A stretch of 64,000 nt of DNA from a virus: IMG/VR virus record IMGVR_UViG_3300034022_001261; one strand, written 5' to 3'. This document shows positions 21,027 to 31,903 of the stretch, piece after piece (the first letter of the stretch is position 1; each line of letters starts with the position of its first letter). The notes beneath the pieces are model-generated. The model made no database searches, was not told the DNA's origin, and saw only the letters and a program-made list of their open reading frames with translations. Made by a program: the position numbers and the translations under genes.

Positions 21027-23343
21027 ATGACTCAATTATCTCCAAATACAGTAGCATATGATCAAATATATACAATCTTAACTAGATTCATAGATCAGGA
21101 AAGAACGAATCAATTCTCTAATAACAAAGAGTTCGCAGCTGAGTATCAAAGTATATTAAACTTTCTCAATACAAACTTAAGCCGGTCCTCTAAGCCAGTT
21201 TGATCCGTACATTAAGGGCGAGCCCCCAGTATCTGCTAAGTTTAATACCTATACAAGGAACTATTCAGACGACTTAAATATTATCGCTAAACAATTAGAT
21301 TATTTATCTGCAAAAGCTATTAGCAATTTTAATATGTTTACTTCTGAAGTAGAACAAGAAAATTCTTTCTTAAACAGAATAAAGAATAAAATAAAAGTTT
21401 TACAGATGTATTCAAGTAGCCCTGCAAGTGACCTATTCTACGTAGGAAGTTCTTTCGACAACGCCGACTACATAGATTATTCTAAAATACAAAGCACTGA
21501 CATCTTGCCAACGATAGACAATGGCCAAATGACATTATCTAAGGTTACGACTAGTGCGTGGACGCCACAAAGAGTTTTTATTGAAGAAGCTTCTTCAAAT
21601 GGCATAGCTGGAAACAATCATTCCGTCTACGCTTCTGCAGAGGATAGTCCACCTTATAGGTATTTCTTCCAAGATTCACCAACATCTAGAAACGTAAATA
21701 ACATCATAGATAATAACCCCTTAACATTTTTTGAATATGAACAAATGAATATATTGGCAACAAGAAAGCCAGTAGGCAATCAGAATTTTGAGTTCCAGTA
21801 CAGAAAAAATGAAGAAGACCAGTACTACGATTGGTCTACTTTTACTAGCGATGATCTTAGACTTGTAACTGTTTTAGAAAATGATGATGAACAAAAAGCT
21901 AACTTTGTTACCATAGTTCCTTATTTTGGCAGTAACAATAGTATTACTAAAGATATTAGAATAGAAAAAATTGAAGTTAAAAATAATTTAAATGAAGTTG
22001 AGAATGTTCTTATTGAACCAATCCATATAAGTTCAGGTTTAATACCAAGTTCTTTAGATTCTGCAAAGAAATTTTTCTATAAGGAAGCTAATATTAAGTT
22101 CACTGAAAGAAAAGTTAAATCTATTAAAATATTTTTCAAACAGCTTAATTACAATGAAGCAAAAATCAAGCATATGTTTTTTGAACCAGTTAAAAGTAAG
22201 ACTAGAACAGGTGGACTTATTGTTCCGGAAAACATAGAGTCTAATCCATTTTTTAATCAAACTAGATTTAACCCAAATGATCCAACTATTGCACCGTCAT
22301 TGGGATATCCGAATATATCATGGTCACAAAAGATTTGGAACCGAGCACAAATAATGCCCTCCTACAATCAGCCTAATGTATTTAAGGCTGAAACAAGTAA
22401 TACTCTTGATTTTACCATTAATCTTAGAAGGAACATACCAGTTAAGACTGGTTGGTCAGCCAGAGCTACTGGGGCTGATGGAAAAACTTATTATTTGACC
22501 AATCTATTTTTGCAAAGGTTTGATTACGACTCCGCTGCTACTCCTAACTATTTTTTAACTGGTTTAAGTGGGATAACTAATACTGGAACAAATCCAACGT
22601 ATGCTGGTTACATTACAGAAACTAAACCCAATGGAAACCTAGGGGGATTTGATGGCTGGATAGGTAACGCCACAACAGTAATCAGTGGAGTAACAGTGAG
22701 TGAATCTCAGGCAACTGCTACGGCGATTGTTGCTTGGTTTAATACCACAACTCAGGGATTTACTAAGCAGCAGAAGTATGATGTATTTAAACTTAGAGTA
22801 GACAGCATCACGGCTGAGTCTATAAATACAGATGAAACTAAAGTACAATCAAAATCATACACAGTACCCTTGGAGAGAAAGTATGACATTATCGATGGCC
22901 AAAGAAAATCAATCTCATTAAGAGATATCACAGTTGGATACGAAGAGTTCTCTGATAAAGCACAAATAGTATCAAAGCAATTTGATTTTAGTTCTCCAAT
23001 AGAGTATTTGACATTGTCCGCTGAAACTAGTTTATCTGGAGAACTTTCTCCTAATGTAAATTCAGAGTACATAAAGTACTATATATCCTTAGACGCTGGG
23101 TCTAGCTGGATAAGAGTTTCCGCAATAGAAAGCCCATTGTCTCAAGTCGGTGAGGTTCTAGCCTTTAACCAAAATGTAGACAACACATTCAAGATCCCAG
23201 GAGTAGAATATTACAATGCTCCCACAGTGCCAGAAAATCCAAAAAGTTTAATTGTAAAAATAGATTTAGAAAAACCTTCTGGAGAAAATATATCCCCGAT
23301 ACTTTATTCATATAAAGTTGGGGTTAAAGTGAGGAATTCATGA
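21027..23343 (+). CDS. Putative baseplate/tail structural protein, about 771 aa with a +1 break at CGG 21183-21185
   Basis: ATG 21027 lies 1 nt after the previous stop. The 0 frame stops at 21203. The +1 frame from 21184 is open into ORF 21334..23343 and contains the family motif GEPPVSAKFN...DDL. Confidence 0.6.
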
Positions 23344-25514
23344 CAATTTCTAAAATACAAAAAAAGAAATTTTTAGATAATATTTATAAACTAATGTATT
23401 CTACTGGTACATCTGCAACAAACAAAGTAGTAAGACAGCCTTCAGAATTAGAAGTAAAAAAAGAATTTGATCAATACTTTTCGCAGAATAGAATAGGGCT
23501 TCCTCTACGTAATGACATTAATCTTCTAAGGAATACAGAAACAACTAACCCAGATCTAATGAATATTTTTATGGCTAGATCAATACTTAATCTAGAAGTT
23601 TTATATGACTCCATACACGAAAACGGCGAAGACATGATGAGTGTTGTCACTGTTCTGGGGAAAAGATTGAACTCCTTAAGGGATAAAAGGGTAGCTTTAG
23701 AAAAAAAATTAGACGAAATATTATTTGCGAACTCAAATACTGACGGATATTTCTATTCCTTTAGCGATAGTTTTGCGAACCTATCTAATGTAGATTTAAA
23801 TTTATCAACTTGCTTTATTGATACTGAGCATAGAAACGCTAAGCTCCCGACTCTAAAAACTAATGCGTTAGACTTTAGAGCTCCCGGTAGAGTAAATCTA
23901 AATAATATTAAATACGATATGATATTCAATGGTAATACCGCAGCAACTCAAACGCTATTACCCAATGCAAATAATATCTTTGATGGGCTAAACGATACGC
24001 TATCTACGGTTACTCACACATCTAGCACATTGGGTGCTTGCGCCATGGTCCTGACTATCCCCTTGAATACTCCATTTGTAGTATCTAGTATAGATGGAAA
24101 ATTAAATACAAGTTCTGCTATTGTAACTATAGCTGAAATAATTGGGACTAATACCACTGAAGAAGTTCAGTATAGGAGAAAGCAATCTAACAGTGATTAT
24201 GATAAGTTTTCCTTTAATTTTATTCCTCAACAATCTGGAACAATAAGAATTACTTTAATAAAATATGAGCCAGATATAACCTTTAATGATAGGACTATAG
24301 ACAAGTATCATTATAAATTTGATATAAAAGATTTGATTATAAGTGGGCAATATTATGACAAAGAAGGAATGTTAATTTCGTCCCCAATAACAATAGATTC
24401 TGGAAATGAAAATAAAATAATAGACGCAGTTAGTATAGAAGCAGCTAACGCCAATCCTTCCATTGGGCAAATAAATTATTTTGTTGCACAGAACATACCT
24501 AATGCAGTTAATGTTTCAGACTTTAATTGGATACCAATCTCATCAAGTTCTTCGGGATTGGGTGTTGACCAAGTTGTATCTTTTAGTAAATCAATAAAAT
24601 ATTTTAAAAACATAAGTTCTTATCCTACCCCCGGAAATATATTTTTAAATCCAATAATTGATACTGGAGCTCTTACGGAAATTAATCCATCAAGTTCTAT
24701 TTATAGAGGAGTTCCAGTCTATAGAGTTGGCACTATTGCAGAATCGGACACCCCATACAATCCTTATTTATTAGATAGCGTAAATAGAATCAGCTTTAAA
24801 TATACCTCTTACTCACAAGGTCTATATGGGGACTTGGCTCAATGGTCAAGTTTGGTCAACGCTACCTCTTCAACTAATCAAGTTTTTGATATGGGAAGTT
24901 TAGCTATAACAAATGTTCCATCTATACCGATCTCTTTAAACCTAAATGAAATTAGTGGCTTTATGCAGACAAATCTATTGGTAGACAAGGCAACTCAGGT
25001 AAATCATGTAGTGTCAAAATCTGGAGGAGCAATAGATTGGGATGTTGCAGTTTACTTAAATGGAGTTAAAATAGCAGACATTCCAGCTGGTCAAGTATCT
25101 CCCACCCAAAATACTACTTGGAACTTAATTGAAGGAATAAATAGAATAACCATAACGTTTGATGCATTAGAAAATGCTTCGGGCACAATATCTTTAATGG
25201 ATGGTGTCTCAATAACAAATTATGGAACTCCATTCTTAAGCTACTATTCTTACGTAGATCCTTTTGACTTTAGGACAAATAGATCTATTGAAGATCCTGT
25301 ATTTACCATAGATAAATATCTTGGAAACAAAGAGATTTTATGTAGAAAACAAATAAAAGATAATTCTAGATTAGTTTATTATTCCAATAATAATAATCCA
25401 GTTGAATCAATTAGATTTAGGGCTGACTTTACTAGGCCAAATAACCCATTCGGCACTCCTGTGTTAAATGGATATAGGGTAAAATTTAAAAATGGATACG
25501 ATGAACTGAGTTAG
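23340..25514 (+). CDS. Putative baseplate/tail structural protein
   Basis: 724-aa ORF with ATGA overlap, composition like its neighbours. Confidence 0.55.
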   Translation: MTISKIQKKKFLDNIYKLMYSTGTSATNKVVRQPSELEVKKEFDQYFSQNRIGLPLRNDINLLRNTETTNPDLMNIFMARSILNLEVLYDSIHENGEDMMSVVTVLGKRLNSLRDKRVALEKKLDEILFANSNTDGYFYSFSDSFANLSNVDLNLSTCFIDTEHRNAKLPTLKTNALDFRAPGRVNLNNIKYDMIFNGNTAATQTLLPNANNIFDGLNDTLSTVTHTSSTLGACAMVLTIPLNTPFVVSSIDGKLNTSSAIVTIAEIIGTNTTEEVQYRRKQSNSDYDKFSFNFIPQQSGTIRITLIKYEPDITFNDRTIDKYHYKFDIKDLIISGQYYDKEGMLISSPITIDSGNENKIIDAVSIEAANANPSIGQINYFVAQNIPNAVNVSDFNWIPISSSSSGLGVDQVVSFSKSIKYFKNISSYPTPGNIFLNPIIDTGALTEINPSSSIYRGVPVYRVGTIAESDTPYNPYLLDSVNRISFKYTSYSQGLYGDLAQWSSLVNATSSTNQVFDMGSLAITNVPSIPISLNLNEISGFMQTNLLVDKATQVNHVVSKSGGAIDWDVAVYLNGVKIADIPAGQVSPTQNTTWNLIEGINRITITFDALENASGTISLMDGVSITNYGTPFLSYYSYVDPFDFRTNRSIEDPVFTIDKYLGNKEILCRKQIKDNSRLVYYSNNNNPVESIRFRADFTRPNNPFGTPVLNGYRVKFKNGYDELS

Positions 25515-25516
25515 CC

Positions 25517-25909
25517 ATGGCAAGAAGTTATATAGAAATTAAAAGAATAATACAACCTCTTTACGAAAGATATAGAAATACCTATAGGGGTCCTAGGTCT
25601 TCTGAAAAAGAAAACTTAGAGATGAATAAAATATACATTGACCTAAAAAGGTTAGATGAAAAAATAGATTATTTAAATAATAAAGTTTATCAAGACGTAA
25701 GAATCATAGTAGGGCAAGTTGATCCAGAGACATACTCTATTCATACTCCGTATGAAGATGGTTCCTATTATCTTTTTGACGATTTGCAGTTTGAGTATTT
25801 TGGGGATTCAGCAACTCCAAATTATTTGCAAATAGATACTACTTTGACTATTAGTTCCAAAATGTCAAAGATGCTGCACAAGATTAAAAGATTAGAAAAA
25901 GGACAATAG
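25517..25909 (+). CDS. Small structural-module protein
   Basis: 130 aa, YRGPRSSEKEN...DL motif shared with neighbours. Confidence 0.5.
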   Translation: MARSYIEIKRIIQPLYERYRNTYRGPRSSEKENLEMNKIYIDLKRLDEKIDYLNNKVYQDVRIIVGQVDPETYSIHTPYEDGSYYLFDDLQFEYFGDSATPNYLQIDTTLTISSKMSKMLHKIKRLEKGQ

Positions 25910-25917
25910 GTAGTTAA

Positions 25918-27171
25918 ATGTCAGAATTTATTTATACTAAAAAAAGAACAAAGCAATATAATGGCCCGCTTAATAGTGACGATCATAATGCGAGAATAGA
26001 AGAAAATTATAAAGATTTAGTATACCTTTATAATAAATATAATATATTTGACCAAAAACTTTCTGAAGCTTTTGAGAGAGTATTGAAAGACCATGTATTT
26101 ATTAATCAATACATAAAAGATATGGATGATAGAATAATAGCGCTTGAGTCTAATGATAATTTAATATCTATTCACTCCCTGTCTCAGATAGATGTTACGG
26201 CCACACCAGAGGGAGAATTGACAATTCAAGCTGATGAGCTGCTTACCTACGACCCCGCCTACAATATCGTAACTCTACCTAAGATAGATGGATCTTCTCA
26301 TTCTAAAGTTAAGTTCTTTACGCCTAGCGATGGTCAGGTGATTGCTGATTTTTTTGAAACTAAAATATCCAACTCACTACCTGGGGTTGATGTTCCTGGT
26401 TGTACTTTGGACAGTAACAATATCTATAATTCTATTTTAGATAGATCGGATAAGTTTTGGAAAAGAAGTATTATTGCAGATGCGGTTTCTCCTTATGGAG
26501 CTCAAACATATGTTTATGTTAAAATACCTTCTGAGTATAGTGGCTCTAAGAAATGTAACTTTTTTAAATTAAATCCATTTCCTACCTTTGGGGTAGATAT
26601 TCTCTCTATAGAGTACACAACGGTCCAGGAGCCAACTTTAAGTCAGTCTGATAACTGGATACCATTGAACAGAGATCGCGTCTATGACGGCGATCCAGAG
26701 GCCATAGGCAAGGTCCCACCAGGTGGTTGGAGCACCATAGGTTCCGATGCTATTTTAAATTCTGGTCCTATAGCATTCTACTTTGCAGAGCTAGATGTAA
26801 CAGCTATAAGATTTGTTATGCGTCAAAAGAATTATTTTACAGAAAATGGAAAATATATCTATACTTATGGCCTGTCTGACATGGACATAAGATACGATAA
26901 GTTTCTCCCTACTGGAAGAATTATATTTAAATTTGATGCCCCTCAAGGGACTTTGATTGACTCGATAGTCTCAGTCACCCCTAAGATATTTAACGTATCC
27001 CAATCCTTACTTTCTGACGTCTTTGAATATAGGGTAATTTACAATGATGGGTCAGTATATACTGAAGAAAATCCGGGATCTTCCAATACCGTATGGATAG
27101 AAGTTACTTTAAACCAACTTCCAGATGGCACCGCCCCAGTATTATCTGATTTAATAATAAATTATAACTAA
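25918..27171 (+). CDS. Putative structural protein
   Basis: 417 aa, YNGPLNSDDHN...DLVYLY N-terminal motif. Confidence 0.5.
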   Translation: MSEFIYTKKRTKQYNGPLNSDDHNARIEENYKDLVYLYNKYNIFDQKLSEAFERVLKDHVFINQYIKDMDDRIIALESNDNLISIHSLSQIDVTATPEGELTIQADELLTYDPAYNIVTLPKIDGSSHSKVKFFTPSDGQVIADFFETKISNSLPGVDVPGCTLDSNNIYNSILDRSDKFWKRSIIADAVSPYGAQTYVYVKIPSEYSGSKKCNFFKLNPFPTFGVDILSIEYTTVQEPTLSQSDNWIPLNRDRVYDGDPEAIGKVPPGGWSTIGSDAILNSGPIAFYFAELDVTAIRFVMRQKNYFTENGKYIYTYGLSDMDIRYDKFLPTGRIIFKFDAPQGTLIDSIVSVTPKIFNVSQSLLSDVFEYRVIYNDGSVYTEENPGSSNTVWIEVTLNQLPDGTAPVLSDLIINYN

Positions 27172-27189
27172 AAATATCTCTTAGACCAA

Positions 27190-27197
27190 TTACTATA
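27190..27197 (+). promoter_or_regulatory. Candidate phage late-promoter motif TTACTATA
   Basis: Intergenic, about 30 nt upstream of ATG 27229. The same 8-mer precedes three other genes. Confidence 0.5.
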
Positions 27198-27228
27198 TAC
27201 TTCTAAGAGCTTATTTAAGGAGATTAAA

Positions 27229-27855
27229 ATGGCCACATCTTACGTAGGACCTCGTCCAATCCTGAAGGGTCAAAACACCAATCAAATGGTAAACCCTTAT
27301 ACTACCATGTCTGGAAAAGCTAAGGGCACGGGAACTTACTCATACTACCCACTGTACAGCACCAGTCACATTCTCGATGGTGCCCCAGATAACCATCATG
27401 TTCCTGGAACAGGATACTTCCCTGGCAATGTATTCATGTCACAGATTTTCAATGGTTCAACACTTTACATCCATCCTTTGGCTGGAGCATTCCCTGACGG
27501 CACTGCTACATATGATGGTGCTAGATTCCGTCCGATGGAATTCAAAGGTCTTGCTGGGGCTAAGGCATTCCCAACTTCTTTTGGTCACGCTGAAAGAGAA
27601 AATGAATACAAGCTTCGTCAGTATGCTTTCAAGGGTGTCGCGTCAGCAGTAGCTTTTGCCAATACCGGTCACGCTGCAAGAACAGATGCACAAGGTGCTC
27701 CAGCTTCCTACGGTTACTTCAGACCAGAAGAAGAGCATGGCGTAGCAAGTGCTAAAGTTTTCCCATCAACCTTTGGTCAAGCTAATACAGCTAGTGAATA
27801 TGGAAGACAAAAAGTTCAGGAGTGGAAGGGCATCCCTTCCGCAAAAGCTTTGTAG
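27229..27855 (+). CDS. Hypothetical protein with four internal repeats (R-x3/4-[FHW]xG[LVI][AP][GS]A[KV][AV]F)
   Basis: Strong AAGGAG RBS. Repeats visible in the translation. Confidence 0.65.
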   Translation: MATSYVGPRPILKGQNTNQMVNPYTTMSGKAKGTGTYSYYPLYSTSHILDGAPDNHHVPGTGYFPGNVFMSQIFNGSTLYIHPLAGAFPDGTATYDGARFRPMEFKGLAGAKAFPTSFGHAERENEYKLRQYAFKGVASAVAFANTGHAARTDAQGAPASYGYFRPEEEHGVASAKVFPSTFGQANTASEYGRQKVQEWKGIPSAKAL

Positions 27856-27897
27856 AATACTACAAACATAAATTACAATAACCGTAACTGAGATTAT

Positions 27898-27918
27898 TAG
27901 CAGGAGTCCTGCTATAAT
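27898..27918 (+). promoter_or_regulatory. Palindrome TAGCAGGA-G-TCCTGCTA overlapping an extended -10 box (TGCTATAAT)
   Basis: Perfect 8-bp inverted repeat 27898-27914; TATAAT at 27913-27918. Confidence 0.5.
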
Positions 27919-27944
27919 GTTTGAAGCGGAAATGTTGTAGGATT

Positions 27945-27975
27945 TCCCGCTCTCTATAGAGCGGGATTTTCTATT
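27945..27975 (+). terminator. Rho-independent terminator-like hairpin
   Basis: TCCCGCTCT-ctat-AGAGCGGGA (9 bp) followed by TTTTCTATT. Confidence 0.65.
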
Positions 27976-28021
27976 CTTGGAGCAGTTTTATAGGTTTCGA
28001 TATCTTTGGATAGGAATATAA

Positions 28022-28729
28022 GTGTCAGTGTCAATTGAAGATCTCGAAAAGGTAGTTAGAGATGACATCCTTCCTACAGAAGTAGCTGATATGTATTTGA
28101 GAATCTATGTTGCAGACATTGATTGGAAGCCACACCTTGGTCAATTATGGTCTAACGTTAGTGCAAAAAGCACCGATGCTGATGCTGCTAAGGCTCAAAT
28201 AAAAAAGGTTATTGCATGCACTACACTACTGCCAGCCTATGACAAGACATCATTAACTAGCCCTCCACAGAACTTACTATTTTGGTGTGCAACTTGGGCT
28301 CAGTTCAATGAAAGAGATTGGCTTGACCTATATAAGAATGTGGTTAAGGCAGATATAGAGATTCAAAAAAATAGAAAACAAATTCTACACCTAGGAGTCA
28401 TAGACTCGGTAGACTACATACCATTGACCAGACAAGCCTTTAATTGGATATACTCTAAGGCAGAACAAAATGACGTCATTAATCCCGGCAATAAAGATGA
28501 GCTAGTTAAGAAGTTTCAAAATTTAGTTAGAATATACGGTGGTGCCACAATATGTAACTTGTTTAGCAAGCACCAAAAGAACATAGACAAGATTGTTAAT
28601 TGGAGAAGTGGATATTTTATTGAGAAAGAAATTTATAAAATATATACCATGGAACAGATAACAAAAATCAAGCAAACTGAACTCAGTAAGATTGACCCAA
28701 AACACGTTAAAACATTAGTAAAAAAATAG
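28022..28729 (+). CDS. Hypothetical protein
   Basis: 235-aa ORF, GTG start after AGGA; no motif recognised. Confidence 0.55.
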   Translation: MSVSIEDLEKVVRDDILPTEVADMYLRIYVADIDWKPHLGQLWSNVSAKSTDADAAKAQIKKVIACTTLLPAYDKTSLTSPPQNLLFWCATWAQFNERDWLDLYKNVVKADIEIQKNRKQILHLGVIDSVDYIPLTRQAFNWIYSKAEQNDVINPGNKDELVKKFQNLVRIYGGATICNLFSKHQKNIDKIVNWRSGYFIEKEIYKIYTMEQITKIKQTELSKIDPKHVKTLVKK

Positions 28730-28739
28730 GAGAAACTCA

Positions 28740-30842
28740 ATGTCAAATGAAATCACAACCCAAGAATTAACAGCTCAATCAATAGGAAGTAAATCTTCTT
28801 TATTTTTCTCCTTTAGAATCAGTGATGATTTCCTAGAAACATATAGAAATAAGAAAGCGCCATTTGGATATAGAGATGCTGGAGGCAACTCAGTAGGAGA
28901 GATAACATTCCTTCGCACCTATTCAAGACTAAAAGAAGATGGTACAAAAGAAACTTGGGTAGATGTTTGCGAACGTGTCATTAACGGCATGTACTCCCTA
29001 CAGAAGGATCACTGTAAGTCAAGTCGCCTTCCATGGAATGATGTAAAGGCACAGGCTAGTGCAAAAGATGCTTTTGATCGTTTGTTCAATCTAAAGTGGA
29101 CACCACCTGGGCGTGGGCTATGGATGATGGGAACTAAGATTGTTAACGTACACAAGAACTCCGCAGCTCTGCAAAACTGTGCGTTTGTTAGCACGTCAGA
29201 AATGTCAAAAAATAATCCGTCTAAACCATTTATGTTTTTAATGGAAGCTTCGATGCTTGGAGTTGGCGTAGGCTTTGATGACAAAGGTGCGGATAAAGAT
29301 TTTACTATACATAAGCCAGTAGATAAGGTGACAACAGACGTTATCGCAGACGACAGAGAGAGCTGGGCGAGAGCTACTGGTGATTTGATCAACTCTTATC
29401 TTAAGCCGGAACAAAATACAATTGAATTTGACTACTCTTTAATCAGACCATTAGGTAGCCCAATTCAAACGTTTGGTGGTACTGCTTCAGGACCAGCTCC
29501 TTTGATAAAGCTGCACAACGCTATTAGAAAAATATTTAATGGACGTAGTGGAGAAAAACTAACTCGTAGAGATATTGCAGACATAGGCAACCTTATTGGA
29601 GTGTGCGTAGTATCCGGCAACGTTAGACGTTCAGCTGAACTTCTAATAGGGAGAATTGATGATGAAGATTTTCTTAATCTAAAGAATGCTGAAGTGTTCC
29701 CAGAAAGAAACTCTTATGATTCAGAAAATCCGGGTTGGGGATGGATGTCTAATAACTCGGTAGAAGTTTCAGTTGGCCAAGATCTCTCTGCTATAGTTGA
29801 CGGCATTGCTAGAAATGGTGAACCAGGAGTAATCTGGATGGACATGGCACGCAAGTATGGTCGTTTAGCAGATCCTATCAACAACAAGGACCACAGAATT
29901 GCTGGCTTTAACCCGTGTGCAGAACAATCGCTAGAGTCTTATGAGTGCTGTACTTTAGTGGAAACATACTTAGGCAGACATGAATCTCTTGAGGACTTTA
30001 AGCGTACGCTAAAGTTTGCGTACTTATATGCTAAGACTGTGACTCTTCTCCCTACTCATTGGGAAGAGACAAATGCAATCATGCAACGTAACCGTCGTAT
30101 TGGGGCTTCAATGTCCGGGGTTGCAGACTTTGCAGACACAAACGGCATGCCAGTACTAAGAGAGTGGATGGACCAAGGATACAAGACAGTCCAAAGATAT
30201 GACAATATCTATTCCGAATGGCTTGGAGTTCGTGAGTCGATCAAGATGACGACAGTAAAGCCTTCTGGAACTGTTTCAATTCTGGCTGGAGAGTCTCCTG
30301 GTGTTCACTGGACTCCAGGAGGCAAGTACTTCAATAGAACAATTAGATTCTCAAATGATGATCCTATGCTTCCTTTGTTTGTAATGGCTAACTATAAAGT
30401 TGAACCAGCATCTGAATCTCCAGATACAACTTCTGTTGTTTATTTCCCGATAAAGTCTGATGCAAGACGTGCTGAGCGTGATGTAACCATCTTTGAGAAG
30501 ATGTCTTTAGCTGCAGTAGCACAAAGATACTGGTCTGACAACTCTGTTTCGGTAACCATTTCTTTTGATCCAGAAACAGAATCTGAGCATGTTGGGACCG
30601 TATTGCACATGTACGATGGGCAGCTTAAGACTGTGTCATTCCTTCCATCAGGAAACTTTACTTACCCCCAGATGCCATATACTCAAATTACAGAAGAAGA
30701 GTATCGTGAAGAGGGGGAGAATAAATTGTTCCCTATAGATTTCTCTGGGGTGTATGCAGGAATGGCAGCTGATGCTATTGGCGAAAGTTACTGCACAACA
30801 GACAGCTGCGAGATAAAGTTAATTAAAGACAACATTAAATAG
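28740..30842 (+). CDS. nrdJ: Class II (adenosylcobalamin-dependent, monomeric RTPR-type) ribonucleotide reductase
   Basis: WTPPGRGLW, NPCAEQSLESYECCTLVE, TTVKPSGTVS and C-terminal CTTDSC. Confidence 0.92.
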   Translation: MSNEITTQELTAQSIGSKSSLFFSFRISDDFLETYRNKKAPFGYRDAGGNSVGEITFLRTYSRLKEDGTKETWVDVCERVINGMYSLQKDHCKSSRLPWNDVKAQASAKDAFDRLFNLKWTPPGRGLWMMGTKIVNVHKNSAALQNCAFVSTSEMSKNNPSKPFMFLMEASMLGVGVGFDDKGADKDFTIHKPVDKVTTDVIADDRESWARATGDLINSYLKPEQNTIEFDYSLIRPLGSPIQTFGGTASGPAPLIKLHNAIRKIFNGRSGEKLTRRDIADIGNLIGVCVVSGNVRRSAELLIGRIDDEDFLNLKNAEVFPERNSYDSENPGWGWMSNNSVEVSVGQDLSAIVDGIARNGEPGVIWMDMARKYGRLADPINNKDHRIAGFNPCAEQSLESYECCTLVETYLGRHESLEDFKRTLKFAYLYAKTVTLLPTHWEETNAIMQRNRRIGASMSGVADFADTNGMPVLREWMDQGYKTVQRYDNIYSEWLGVRESIKMTTVKPSGTVSILAGESPGVHWTPGGKYFNRTIRFSNDDPMLPLFVMANYKVEPASESPDTTSVVYFPIKSDARRAERDVTIFEKMSLAAVAQRYWSDNSVSVTISFDPETESEHVGTVLHMYDGQLKTVSFLPSGNFTYPQMPYTQITEEEYREEGENKLFPIDFSGVYAGMAADAIGESYCTTDSCEIKLIKDNIK

Positions 30843-30849
30843 GATACTT

Positions 30850-31200
30850 ATGTCAGAATTTGAAGATGATGATATAGATAAAATGTTTGAAGAAATGATG
30901 TCTTCAGATGACAATGATGTAGATTTGCCTAGAATAGACGCTATAATTAGCATAGAACAAGTAAGTCTTGAAAGCATGATGAAAGAGTTAGTTTTTATCT
31001 CTCAATCATTATCTCAAAGCCTAGTCCATATTAACGAACTATTATTAAATTATATATCTTTTGACGATTATGATATAGATAGTACATTAAAAGATATACT
31101 TGGTAATATGTATAAATTGTCTGAGGATTTAGACGATCATATTATAGAAATAATGATAGAAGACTCACAGTTTAACGACGAAGAAGAAGATGATGAATAA
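30850..31200 (+). CDS. Acidic hypothetical protein
   Basis: 116-aa D/E-rich ORF in operon. Confidence 0.55.
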   Translation: MSEFEDDDIDKMFEEMMSSDDNDVDLPRIDAIISIEQVSLESMMKELVFISQSLSQSLVHINELLLNYISFDDYDIDSTLKDILGNMYKLSEDLDDHIIEIMIEDSQFNDEEEDDE

Positions 31201-31903
31201 AGAAAACAATTTAATAGAAGTACTAGGCAATGGCTATGTGAGATTAGTCGATCACATGGGTAGCGATCTTTCTGTTGTAAATGCAGCTAGAGCATCTTTT
31301 GCCAAAGAAAGCAAAGAGTTTGGCACTAGCGATGCTAGATTAATTGATTTCTTAGCTAGAGAAAATCATATGTCGCCATTCAGACACGCCTTTATGACCT
31401 TCGAATTTAAGGCCCCTTTAATGGTCGCAAGACAACACTGGAAGTACGTAGTTGGATCAGATCATACCATGGACTCATGGAACGAATCTTCTCGTAGATA
31501 CATAACTATGGAACCAGAATTCTATGTCCCTAATAATGATCAATGGAGACTAGCTCCTGAAGACAAGAAGCAAGGGTCTGCAGGTTTATGTGATCCGTTC
31601 TCCGGAGCAATCTTAACAGAACAACTGAATAGATGCATCGAACAAGGTGAAGCTTTCTATAACTTAGCTCTGGAAAATGGAATAGCTCCAGAGCAAGCGA
31701 GATTATTTCTCCCAGCCTATTCAATGCATGTAGTTTATAGGTGGTCTTGCAGTCTTCAATCAGTTGGTTTATTCTTAGCTCAAAGACTAGAAGAACAATC
31801 TCAAGAAGAGATTAGAGTTTACGCTCAGGCAATTGCCGAGCTAGTGAGAGACCTATACCCTGTTTCCATAAATGCATTAGTGGGCAGTCGTGTTTATAGT
31901 TAG
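31190..31903 (+). CDS. thyX: Flavin-dependent thymidylate synthase
   Basis: HMSPFRHAFMTFEFKAPLMVARQHWKY...WNESSRRY ThyX signature. Confidence 0.93.
   Translation: MMNKENNLIEVLGNGYVRLVDHMGSDLSVVNAARASFAKESKEFGTSDARLIDFLARENHMSPFRHAFMTFEFKAPLMVARQHWKYVVGSDHTMDSWNESSRRYITMEPEFYVPNNDQWRLAPEDKKQGSAGLCDPFSGAILTEQLNRCIEQGEAFYNLALENGIAPEQARLFLPAYSMHVVYRWSCSLQSVGLFLAQRLEEQSQEEIRVYAQAIAELVRDLYPVSINALVGSRVYS

Noticed and set aside
27856-28021. tRNA or cobalamin riboswitch in intergenic regions
   Set aside because: No cloverleaf with T-loop GTTC/CCA and no B12-box; the region is too short. No tRNA-Arg that might bear on CGG decoding was found in this window.
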